DNA of 25,200 nt from positions 6,431 through 31,630 of the forward strand of contig JBFXGX010000014.1 of NCBI GenBank assembly GCA_050177605.1, in the 5' to 3' direction. The position numbers were made by a program, and so were the translations under genes. The stretch's first letter is position 1; every line of letters starts with the position of its first letter. This stretch comes from Candidatus Izemoplasmatales bacterium. Its GTDB lineage: Bacteria; Bacillota_I; Bacilli_A; Izemoplasmatales; Hujiaoplasmataceae. The notes below the pieces were generated by a model. The model was not told the origin of the DNA, did no database searches, and saw nothing but the letters and a program-made list of their open reading frames with translations. Of the stretch, positions 1 to 8,163 are shown in pieces.

Positions 1-1320
1 AAGCAAGCATCACTTCATCATACCTCTGCAATCTATGAGCCTATTACGAGTGAATATAGTATTGTCAAAGTAAGAGGATCAGTTAAAGATACAGTGAGTA
101 TGGTAACGAATCTATTTGAAAATAGAGATATCGATATCTTAGTTGGAACCAAATCTTTATTAGGAGAAGGTTGGGACTCTCCTTGCATCAATACACTCAT
201 TATGGCAAGTTTTGTTGGTTCTTATATGCTGAGTAACCAAATGCGAGGAAGAGCGATTCGAACGGATCGTCATGATCCATTGAAAGTTTCTTCTATTTGG
301 CATTTAGCAACCATTGAGCCATATAATGCAGTCAAACTGCATTGGTATGATACCCATGAGACTTTTACAGAATATGAGAAAGAAGAAATCGTCTCTGAAG
401 ATTATGAAATGTTAAAAAGAAGATTTAAGACATTTTTAGGACCGGCTTATTCAACCGGTGAAATATCTTCTGGAATTGAGCGTATTGATATTATTGAACC
501 GCCTTTTTCCAATGTGAGATTTCAAAGTTTTAATCAAAAAACATTACAAATCGCAAAAGACCGTAATCAAGTTCGAGAGATGTGGAACCACGCCCTCAAT
601 CATAATATGACGAAAGAAGTAATTGATGCAAGTGAGATCAAGAAAGAATTCTATCCCACAGGTGTCATCATTTACGATATTATTCCAAATTCTGTCGCTG
701 CCGCATTGCTCACTAGGTTTCTTTCAGAAAATCTAATTAACGGGGGACCCGTCCTATTTAGTTTAATTTTGGGCGTTCTCATTTTCTTTATTTCGGTGAA
801 ACCAATCAAAAGATTACTTTGGAATAACTCTCCTAAAAAGACGATTGAAGGCATTGCATCTGCAGTTTTTAAGACGATGAAGAAACTTGCGTTCATCCAA
901 AGCCATAGTGCAGTAGTCCATGTAAAAAAGAGTCCACTTACGATGGGGTATTATGCGTACCTTGAACATGGGACACATCACGAGAAGACGTTGTTTTCGA
1001 ATGCAATGACTGAAATCTTCTCTTCAATTGGTGCTGCGAAATATATTACAGTATCTTACCGAAACTTCCTTGGGGTGCCACTTTATTTTTATGAAAGTTC
1101 CTATACTGTACCCGCTATTTTTTCTGTCAATAAAGACCGCGCAGAAGAATACGTTTCTTATCTAGAAGACTATATTGGCAGAGTAGAATTGGTGTTTACT
1201 CGATCTGAATCTGGACTTTCAAAACTCTTGAAAGCACAAAAAAAATCGAAAGTGAACAGGTATAATTTAACTGTTTTTAGTAAGAAAATGTTAAAAACTG
1301 ACTTTCCAAAAAAGAAATAA
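1..1320 (+). CDS. SF2 (DEAD/DEAH-box, ResIII-like) helicase family protein, C-terminal part; 5' end lies outside the window; contains a hydrophobic hairpin
   Basis: Frame 1 is open from base 1 (KQASLHHTS...), so the GTG at 94 is internal. Helicase motif V-like VGTKSLLGEGWD and motif VI QMRGRAIR. Hydrophobic stretch at about 664-798. Confidence 0.8.
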   Translation, partial: KQASLHHTSAIYEPITSEYSIVKVRGSVKDTVSMVTNLFENRDIDILVGTKSLLGEGWDSPCINTLIMASFVGSYMLSNQMRGRAIRTDRHDPLKVSSIWHLATIEPYNAVKLHWYDTHETFTEYEKEEIVSEDYEMLKRRFKTFLGPAYSTGEISSGIERIDIIEPPFSNVRFQSFNQKTLQIAKDRNQVREMWNHALNHNMTKEVIDASEIKKEFYPTGVIIYDIIPNSVAAALLTRFLSENLINGGPVLFSLILGVLIFFISVKPIKRLLWNNSPKKTIEGIASAVFKTMKKLAFIQSHSAVVHVKKSPLTMGYYAYLEHGTHHEKTLFSNAMTEIFSSIGAAKYITVSYRNFLGVPLYFYESSYTVPAIFSVNKDRAEEYVSYLEDYIGRVELVFTRSESGLSKLLKAQKKSKVNRYNLTVFSKKMLKTDFPKKK

Positions 1321-1363
1321 AATCAATCTAGCGTAATATTTCATCAAAAAAGGATGTGAAATA

Positions 1364-2998
1364 TTGAAAAAAGCTAGATTTTTCTTTTTACTCGTATTAT
1401 TACTTACGCTCAATACGACAAAGAGCGTATTGGCATCTCCCGCAGACTATTTACCAGCAGGGACAAACTATTTAAACATTGATAATTTCAGTTACAGTGA
1501 TGAATGGTTCCATAGTATTGATCCTTTTGCAATCAAACCTGATACTGATTTTGTTCTCACGATAGATGACCATTACTGGCAAACCTTGCGAGACCCAGAA
1601 ATGCCGACTATTTTAATTTCAGTATATGATAATGATATTTTGGTTCAAGAGGAGGAGTTTACATTTTATGATTTTGTGGAAAGCTCAAATGATGAGCTGG
1701 CGTATAGTGTTACTTTTCATACTGTGGTCTCAGGAAATCATATTGAAATTCAGTTTTATGATTTTGAATCCTATTTTGAAACAAATGGATTCAACCGCAC
1801 AATGCTTGAAGAGGGGAATGAATTCACTACGTTTGAGCCCTATGTTCAAGGGACCTTACTCGACACTGCCTCTCCGGAATTTAACACGATTAATCAAGTA
1901 ATATCTTATGTACATCAACCCATTTCAGTTGAAGACATTGCGTTATCCTTAGAAGCTTATGATACGATTGATGGAGATGTGTCTAGTTCCATCATCATCA
2001 CTGAAGATTTATATACGCCAAACAAAACAGTTCTAGGTGATTACACGGTTTCCTTTGCGGTAAGCGATAGCGCCGGAAACACGACGGAAGCTGTGATTAA
2101 TGTAAAAGTTGTGGATGTCCTTAAACCGGAATTTTCTAGTATTGAAATGATTACTCTTCCCTACCCACAAACCCTGTCGATTGCTGATATTCAATCACTA
2201 CTACAAGCCAGTGATAACTATGACGGAGATATCACTGAAGATATTTACATCATCGAGGATTCGTATTCTCTTTCTGCGTCGTTGATTGGGGTATATAGGA
2301 TCACATTTGGGGTAGAGGATAGCTCTGGAAATTTATCAACACTCGATGTATATGTTACGGTCACAGACGATACTGCACCAATCATTTCTGGGACAAATTC
2401 AATTATTATTGGTTACGATGAAATGATTTCGATTTCGTCCATTCAAAATGCATTAACGGTGATTGATAATTATGATGGTGATTTATCTCTTTTGGTTGAA
2501 TCCGATGATTATACCGAGAATCATTCCACGATTGGTGAATATTCGATTGTCTTCCTCGCAGAAGATAGTTCTGGAAACAAGACATCCTATACTGTTACGG
2601 TCCAAGTTGTGGATGAGATTGGACCGATTCTCTATTATGATTACTTAATTGTTCAAACTTATCAAAATTATGTTCTTTCTTTAGAAGATTTTATTCATTT
2701 ATTAAGTCTTTCTGAAGAACTTGGAAATATTGATCACGCATCTGTAAGTGTTTTATACGATTCCTATACTGCATTCGCCTCCACACCCGGGGTTTATCAT
2801 TTAAAATTGCTCATTAATGATGAAATTCAAAAAGATTTCGAAATCAATGTTAAAGAATCCAGTGATTATATCTATCTTCCTATGGAAGATGACACAAGTT
2901 TTTTTAAAGAAAATATCAAAGTAATCGAAATTTTCTCAGCGGCATTGGTTTTAATTTTAAGCACAACGATGGCATTCATTCATTTTAAGAAGAAGTAA
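1364..2998 (+). CDS. Cell-surface protein with tandem Ig-like (DUF5011/HYR-like) repeats, signal peptide and C-terminal membrane anchor
   Basis: TTG start after AGGATGTGA. N-terminal MKK + hydrophobic signal. Three 82-84 aa repeats with D..DGD and G.Y...F...DS.GN motifs. C-terminal hydrophobic helix followed by KKK. Confidence 0.8.
   Translation: MKKARFFFLLVLLLTLNTTKSVLASPADYLPAGTNYLNIDNFSYSDEWFHSIDPFAIKPDTDFVLTIDDHYWQTLRDPEMPTILISVYDNDILVQEEEFTFYDFVESSNDELAYSVTFHTVVSGNHIEIQFYDFESYFETNGFNRTMLEEGNEFTTFEPYVQGTLLDTASPEFNTINQVISYVHQPISVEDIALSLEAYDTIDGDVSSSIIITEDLYTPNKTVLGDYTVSFAVSDSAGNTTEAVINVKVVDVLKPEFSSIEMITLPYPQTLSIADIQSLLQASDNYDGDITEDIYIIEDSYSLSASLIGVYRITFGVEDSSGNLSTLDVYVTVTDDTAPIISGTNSIIIGYDEMISISSIQNALTVIDNYDGDLSLLVESDDYTENHSTIGEYSIVFLAEDSSGNKTSYTVTVQVVDEIGPILYYDYLIVQTYQNYVLSLEDFIHLLSLSEELGNIDHASVSVLYDSYTAFASTPGVYHLKLLINDEIQKDFEINVKESSDYIYLPMEDDTSFFKENIKVIEIFSAALVLILSTTMAFIHFKKK
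1862..2611 (+). repeat. Three tandem Ig-like protein repeats starting at 1862, 2114 and 2366; a degenerate fourth starts at 2612
   Basis: Aligned by eye: AYDTIDGDV/ASDNYDGDI/VIDNYDGDL and GDYTVSFAVSDSAGN/GVYRITFGVEDSSGN/GEYSIVFLAEDSSGN, spaced 252, 252 and 246 nt. Confidence 0.85.
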
Positions 2999-3009
2999 GC
3001 GTTTTAGTC

Positions 3010-3046
3010 GAAGAAGGTAAGCGTTTTATCTTCTTCTTTTTATTTT
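3010..3046 (+). terminator. Intrinsic terminator after the Ig-repeat gene
   Basis: Stem GAAGAAGGTAA (3010-3020) / TTATCTTCTTC (3026-3036) with one G-U pair, followed by TTTTTATTTT. Confidence 0.7.
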
Positions 3047-3062
3047 CAAAGGAATAAATAGA

Positions 3063-3071
3063 TGTTATAAT
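3063..3071 (+). promoter_or_regulatory. Extended -10 sigmaA promoter of the hydrogenase operon
   Basis: TGTTATAAT (TGn-TATAAT) about 40 nt upstream of the GTG start; RBS AAAGGAG at 3093-3099. Confidence 0.7.
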
Positions 3072-3110
3072 ATGTGTGCTTATCAATATAGGAAAGGAGA
3101 TTACTAGAAA

Positions 3111-3590
3111 GTGGGAGCTAAAATTCAGATTACTGAAGAAAAGCTTGCGAAATTGTATGCAGTAATGGAAGAAAACAAACAAAAGCCGGGTCCATTAATG
3201 CCTACATTGCATGAAGCACAAAAGATCTTTGGTTGTATACCATTAGAAATTCAAAAAATTATATCAAAAGAGCTTCATGAAAGCATTGCTAAAATTAACG
3301 GGGTAGTGACATTCTATGGGCAATTTTCAATTGAACCAAAAGGAAAAAACATTATCTCGGTTTGTCTTGGAACGGCATGTTATGTTAGAGGTTCACAAGG
3401 AATCTTAGACGCATTTTCTGACGAATTAGGTGTCAAAGTTGGCACAACATCAGAAGATGGTAATTTTACATTACAAGCGACAAGATGTATTGGAGCTTGT
3501 GGATTAGCGCCAGTATTTACTGTCAATGAAACGGTATATGGAAATGCATCGGTTTCAAAAGCAAAAGAAGTTTTAAAGGGAATGAACTAA
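3111..3590 (+). CDS. hndA: NAD(P)-linked [FeFe]-hydrogenase [2Fe-2S] subunit (NuoE/HydC/HndA-like)
   Basis: GVVTFY, CLGTAC and CIGAC [2Fe-2S] motifs of the NuoE family; first gene of the hydrogenase operon. Confidence 0.9.
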   Translation: MGAKIQITEEKLAKLYAVMEENKQKPGPLMPTLHEAQKIFGCIPLEIQKIISKELHESIAKINGVVTFYGQFSIEPKGKNIISVCLGTACYVRGSQGILDAFSDELGVKVGTTSEDGNFTLQATRCIGACGLAPVFTVNETVYGNASVSKAKEVLKGMN

Positions 3591-3591
3591 A

Positions 3592-3984
3592 ATGATGACG
3601 CTCGAAGAACTTGTCGAAAAGTTCCAGTGTCATGTCTACACAACATCCATTTATAACCCAATGAAAACAATAAAATTCGGATTCTGTGCTGATCTTATGA
3701 GTGACGCTTTAATGATCATGAATACGGTAAGAGAAGAAGGAATCTTAGAAGAAACATTGTTGATTACTGGACTTGCGACGAATCAATCGATTCGTACTGC
3801 GGAGATGTTGGATGTGGAAGTTATATTGCTTGTTAGAGGGAAGGTTCCTGCATCACAAGTTGTTGAACTAGCAGAAGAATCGAATATTATTTTACTCGGT
3901 ACGGAACTTACAATGTTCAACACCAGTGGAAGATTATTCCAAGAAGGAATAAGAGGAATCCAAGCAAATCACGATGCAATATAG
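3592..3984 (+). CDS. DRTGG domain protein (hydrogenase-associated)
   Basis: ADLMSD, LLITGL, IRTAEMLD and LVRGK motifs typical of the small DRTGG proteins in hydrogenase operons. Confidence 0.75.
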   Translation: MMTLEELVEKFQCHVYTTSIYNPMKTIKFGFCADLMSDALMIMNTVREEGILEETLLITGLATNQSIRTAEMLDVEVILLVRGKVPASQVVELAEESNIILLGTELTMFNTSGRLFQEGIRGIQANHDAI

Positions 3985-4411
3985 AAAACATTTTGATATC
4001 CAAGCGGGCAATTATGACGATGCCGGTATTGCTGCTAGTGAAATCAAGAGAACATTAAAAAACAATCATTTTTCAAAAGAAATCATTAAACGTATTAGTG
4101 TTGCTTCGTATGAAGCGGAAATCAATATTGTGATTCATTCACAGGGCGGATCTGCAGACTTTTTAATTACTGACAATGCAATTTACTTACAATTTTCAGA
4201 CATCGGCCCAGGGATTGAAAACATTGAACTAGCGATGACAGAAGGATATTCGACCGCCAGTGAAATTTCCAGGCTTAACGGTTTTGGCGCTGGAATGGGG
4301 CTATCCAATATCAAAAAATCATCCGATGAAATGATTATTATATCTGACCCATGTGGGACTATACTTAAATTAAAATTTTTATTATTCGGAGAACAGACTA
4401 ATGAAGATTAG
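3974..4411 (+). CDS. RsbT/anti-sigma-like Ser/Thr protein kinase (HATPase_c)
   Basis: N-box YEAEINIVIH, G1 DIGPGI, EGYSTA, G2 GAGMGL; overlaps both neighbours by 11 nt. Confidence 0.85.
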   Translation: MQYRKHFDIQAGNYDDAGIAASEIKRTLKNNHFSKEIIKRISVASYEAEINIVIHSQGGSADFLITDNAIYLQFSDIGPGIENIELAMTEGYSTASEISRLNGFGAGMGLSNIKKSSDEMIIISDPCGTILKLKFLLFGEQTNED

Positions 4412-4733
4412 TACACTGTTAACAAAGGGATTTATCTCTTATACAAAAAACGAATTGTTAGAACAAGATTTTCATGGCTGTTACATTTCTGACTTACTTA
4501 GTAATGTCTTAAGAAGTGCTAAACCAGAAGAAGCTTTACTAACAACATTATCCAATATGAATACAGTCGCTGTTGCGTCTCTATCGAATCTTCCAGTGGT
4601 TATTTTCGTTGAAGGCAAAATTCCTACAAAGGAAATGATTCAAAAAGCCAACGAAGAAGAGATTGCATTATTATCAACAGAGGAATTGTCTTCACAAGTT
4701 GTGAAACATCTTATTGAACTTGGTGCCCTATGA
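4401..4733 (+). CDS. DRTGG domain protein (second paralogue)
   Basis: GCYISDLLS, NTVAVA and VIFVEGK motifs; ATGA overlap with the next gene. Confidence 0.75.
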   Translation: MKISTLLTKGFISYTKNELLEQDFHGCYISDLLSNVLRSAKPEEALLTTLSNMNTVAVASLSNLPVVIFVEGKIPTKEMIQKANEEEIALLSTEELSSQVVKHLIELGAL

Positions 4734-5440
4734 TTTATCATTATGATTTACATATTCATTCTGTTTTATCACCTTGTGCAGATGTTCTTATGACGCCGAA
4801 TAATATAATTAATATGGCTCACTTAAAAGGATTAAACCTCATTAGCATTACTGATCATAATTCTCTTAAACAGTATCCTGTGATTGACGAAATTATGAAA
4901 AGTTATGATATGCTTCTTATTTACGGTGTTGAGGTAGAACTGGTCGATAAAAGCCATATTTTGTGTTATTTAAAAACACTTGAGGATGCATTAAATTTTG
5001 ACCTTTTCTTAGAAAAAAACTTAGTGAAACAAGAATATGATCGAAAAACTTATGGTGAACAGGTCATTACAGATTTGTATGATCAAGAAGCACAGGTCAT
5101 AGAATATCATTTGGGGAAATCTACAAAATTAACCTTAGAAGATTTGCAAAATGAATTAACAAAATACGATCACCTTCTATTTTTAGCTCACGTCGACAGA
5201 GCTAAAAATAGCGGATATCATCTGCTTAACAATCATTTATTCGATGGAGTTGAACTATCAAGACATGCGAGTCTTTCTTGGAAAGAAAGTATGAAAGAAC
5301 AAAAAAGACACATTCTTCAAAGTAGTGACGCACATACCCTCACCGATATTTTAGAAAGGGACGAAAAGAATATGATTGAGATGGAAGAGCTCTCTATCCA
5401 ACAATTCTTTCACGTGATGAAATATGGAAGACCTGAGTAG
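4730..5440 (+). CDS. PHP-family metal-dependent phosphoesterase
   Basis: DLHIHS, ITDHN, GVE, AH and SSDAH metal-binding motifs. Confidence 0.88.
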   Translation: MIYHYDLHIHSVLSPCADVLMTPNNIINMAHLKGLNLISITDHNSLKQYPVIDEIMKSYDMLLIYGVEVELVDKSHILCYLKTLEDALNFDLFLEKNLVKQEYDRKTYGEQVITDLYDQEAQVIEYHLGKSTKLTLEDLQNELTKYDHLLFLAHVDRAKNSGYHLLNNHLFDGVELSRHASLSWKESMKEQKRHILQSSDAHTLTDILERDEKNMIEMEELSIQQFFHVMKYGRPE

Positions 5441-5975
5441 TTTCATCCAAGATATCGTTGAAAACTCTTTAAATGTTCAAGCAGAGAACATCCAGTTACT
5501 TATTACAGAAGACACATTGCAGAAAACTTTGCTCATTGAAATCATCGATGATGGAATTGGAATGAGTGAAGAAACATTACAAAAAGTAGAAGACCCTTTT
5601 TATACAACAAGAACAACGCGCAAAGTAGGACTTGGTCTTTCCTTTTTCAAACAAAGTGTTTTACAAACAGAAGGTAAATTCAAAATTACATCTACCTTAG
5701 GTGAAGGAACAAGTGTGTTTGCATTATACAATACGTTTCATATAGATATGCCGCCAGTTGGCGACTTATCTAGTACGATTCAAACCATCCTTGCACATCC
5801 AGCTTTAAAACACTTTATTTACAATCATCAAATCGATGATGCAAATTTTAGATTTGATACAGAAGAAGTAAAAAATGTATTAGGCGTCACATCTTTTAAC
5901 GATGTAACTCTATTACAAGATATTAAACAATACATCCAAGATTTATTAGACAATATTAGAGGAGGAAAGTTATGA
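5424..5975 (+). CDS. Stand-alone histidine kinase-like ATPase domain protein (HATPase_c, no HisKA or sensor domain)
   Basis: N-box DIVENS, G1 DDGIGM, F-box PFYTT, G2 GLGLS, G3 GEGT; only 183 aa. Confidence 0.85.
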   Translation: MEDLSSFIQDIVENSLNVQAENIQLLITEDTLQKTLLIEIIDDGIGMSEETLQKVEDPFYTTRTTRKVGLGLSFFKQSVLQTEGKFKITSTLGEGTSVFALYNTFHIDMPPVGDLSSTIQTILAHPALKHFIYNHQIDDANFRFDTEEVKNVLGVTSFNDVTLLQDIKQYIQDLLDNIRGGKL

Positions 5976-6340
5976 AGTCACTAGAAGATTTAAAGAAACT
6001 TCGTGAAGCGTCCCTAAAAAATATGAACATGCGTTATCAAAACGGTGGTACTCGTGTTCAAGTGGGGATGGGTACTTGTGGAATCGCCGCAGGTGCTAGA
6101 CCAGTTTTAAATAAGTTTATTGAAGAAATCAACTTAAGACATTTAAAAAATGTAACGGTGACACAAGTAGGTTGCATGGGTGAATGTGCCTTCGAACCAG
6201 TTGTGGAAATCGTCGATGAGGACGGCTCTTCGACAATTTATGCGAACGTATGCGAACGTATGGTTGCGGAAATTGTAGAAGAACATATTATGGAAGGTAA
6301 TAAATTAGAACGTTATTTATTATCTGGAGTTAAGAGGTAA
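5972..6340 (+). CDS. hndB: Thioredoxin-like ferredoxin hydrogenase subunit (HndB/HydD-like)
   Basis: VGMGTCGIAAGA and GCMGECAFEP motifs; RBS GAGGAGG; directly precedes the NuoF-like gene. Confidence 0.85.
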   Translation: MKSLEDLKKLREASLKNMNMRYQNGGTRVQVGMGTCGIAAGARPVLNKFIEEINLRHLKNVTVTQVGCMGECAFEPVVEIVDEDGSSTIYANVCERMVAEIVEEHIMEGNKLERYLLSGVKR

Positions 6341-6345
6341 ATATT

Positions 6346-8163
6346 ATGTTAGAAAGAATGCATATTTTAATTTGCGGTGGCACGGGTTGTCTTAGTTCGC
6401 ATTCCAAAAACATCCGTGATGAATTTAATGAAGTACTCGCAAAATACGAAATGAGCGAAGAAGTCAAAATGGTGATGACAGGATGCTTCGGCCTTTGTGA
6501 AAAAGGTCCAGTTGTTGTTGTATATCCTGATGAAGTATTCTACTCTCATGTTAGTATTGATGACGTTGATGAAATTGTAAGAGAACATGTCGTAAAAGGA
6601 CGTGTTGTTGAAAGATTATTAGTCAAAGATCCAATTGATAAAAAGAAAATTAAAAACATGAGTGAACTCAAGTTCTACTCAAAACAAAAACGTATTGCCC
6701 TAAGAAACTGCGGTAATATCAATCCTTTAGAAATCAAAGAATATATTGCAAAAGATGGATATTTAGCTTTAGGTAAAGTCTTAACAGAAATGACACCAGA
6801 ACAAACCATCGCGGAAATGAAAAAATCAGGATTACGTGGTAGAGGTGGCGGTGGATTCCCTACTGGTTTAAAATGGGAATTTGCTGCAGCGTCAAAAGAC
6901 ACACAAAAATATGTCATCTGTAACGCCGATGAAGGTGACCCAGGTGCATTTATGGACCGTGCTGTTTTAGAAGGTGATCCTCATAGCGTATTAGAAGCAA
7001 TGGCAATTTGTGGTTATGCCATTGGTGCTAACCAAGGATACATTTATGTAAGAGCTGAATACCCAGTTGCAGTAGAACGTCTTCATATAGCAATTGGTCA
7101 AGCAAGAGAATATAACTTACTTGGTAACAAGATTTTTGGTACAGATTTTAATTTTGATATCGACATTCGTCTTGGGGCTGGAGCGTTCGTTTGTGGTGAA
7201 GAAACTGCATTAATCGCTTCTATCGAAGGCGAAAGAGGTATGCCTAGAAATAAACCACCTTTCCCAGCAGTGAAAGGGTTATGGGGCCATCCTACAAATG
7301 TAAATAACGTAGAAACTTTTGCAAATGTTCCAGTGATTTACTTAAAAGGTGCAGATTGGTTTAAATCCATTGGTACTGAAAAATCAAGTGGAACAAAAGT
7401 ATTCGCACTTGGAGGAAAAATCCAAAATACAGGATTACTAGAAGTTCCTATGGGAACAACCCTTCGCGAAGTTATTTTCGATGTAGGTGGGGGTATTCCT
7501 AACAAAAGAGAATTTAAAGCTGTTCAAACCGGTGGACCTTCTGGTGGATGTATTACTAAAGAATCATTAGATACGCCAATCGATTTTGATAACTTAGTCA
7601 AACTAGGTTCAATGATGGGGTCTGGTGGAATGATTGTCATGGATGAAGACAACTGTATGGTTGACGTGGCGCGTTTCTATCTTGACTTTACCGTTGATGA
7701 ATCATGTGGTAAATGTACACCATGTCGTGAAGGTACAAGAAGAATGTTAGACATTCTTAATCGTATCTGCGAAGGAAAAGGAACACTGGAAGATTTAGAT
7801 ACATTAGAGTCTTTAGGAAATATGATTAAAGATACTTCTTTATGTGGACTTGGTCAAACCGCTCCAAACCCTGTTTTATCAACTTTAAAACACTTTAGAG
7901 ATGAATATATTGCCCATGTTGTCGATAAAGTATGTCCAGCCGGCGTTTGTGCAAACTTAACAAACTATGTTGTGATGGATAATTGTATCGGTTGTACGAA
8001 ATGTGCTCGTAACTGTCCAGTGGATGCAATCACTGGTTCAGTGAAGACAAAACATTTCATTGATTTAGATAAATGTATCCGTTGTGGTGCTTGTAAGAAG
8101 GCTTGCCCAGTCAATGCAATCACGTCAAAACCTGAAGGATGGGAGGGAGTCCAACATGTCTAA
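6346..8163 (+). CDS. hndC: NADH/FMN-binding diaphorase subunit of a bifurcating-type [FeFe]-hydrogenase (NuoF/HydB/HndC-like)
   Basis: N-terminal CGGTGC...CFGLC [2Fe-2S]; GRGGGGFPTG, NADEGDPG, CGEET; CGKCTPCREG [4Fe-4S]; C-terminal 2x[4Fe-4S] CIGCTKCARNCP / CIRCGACKKACP. Confidence 0.93.
   Translation: MLERMHILICGGTGCLSSHSKNIRDEFNEVLAKYEMSEEVKMVMTGCFGLCEKGPVVVVYPDEVFYSHVSIDDVDEIVREHVVKGRVVERLLVKDPIDKKKIKNMSELKFYSKQKRIALRNCGNINPLEIKEYIAKDGYLALGKVLTEMTPEQTIAEMKKSGLRGRGGGGFPTGLKWEFAAASKDTQKYVICNADEGDPGAFMDRAVLEGDPHSVLEAMAICGYAIGANQGYIYVRAEYPVAVERLHIAIGQAREYNLLGNKIFGTDFNFDIDIRLGAGAFVCGEETALIASIEGERGMPRNKPPFPAVKGLWGHPTNVNNVETFANVPVIYLKGADWFKSIGTEKSSGTKVFALGGKIQNTGLLEVPMGTTLREVIFDVGGGIPNKREFKAVQTGGPSGGCITKESLDTPIDFDNLVKLGSMMGSGGMIVMDEDNCMVDVARFYLDFTVDESCGKCTPCREGTRRMLDILNRICEGKGTLEDLDTLESLGNMIKDTSLCGLGQTAPNPVLSTLKHFRDEYIAHVVDKVCPAGVCANLTNYVVMDNCIGCTKCARNCPVDAITGSVKTKHFIDLDKCIRCGACKKACPVNAITSKPEGWEGVQHV

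Noticed and set aside
8084..8155. N-terminal extension of hndD in the ORF track
   Set aside because: It overlaps hndC by 80 nt; the strong RBS and domain start point to ATG 8156. Track starts at 17667, 19574 and 21989 were shortened on similar grounds, and the start at 94 is internal to a longer ORF.
3111..8163. nuoE/nuoF as respiratory complex I genes
   Set aside because: No membrane nuo genes are present, and the adjacent gene has all three H-cluster motifs, so these are hydrogenase subunits.
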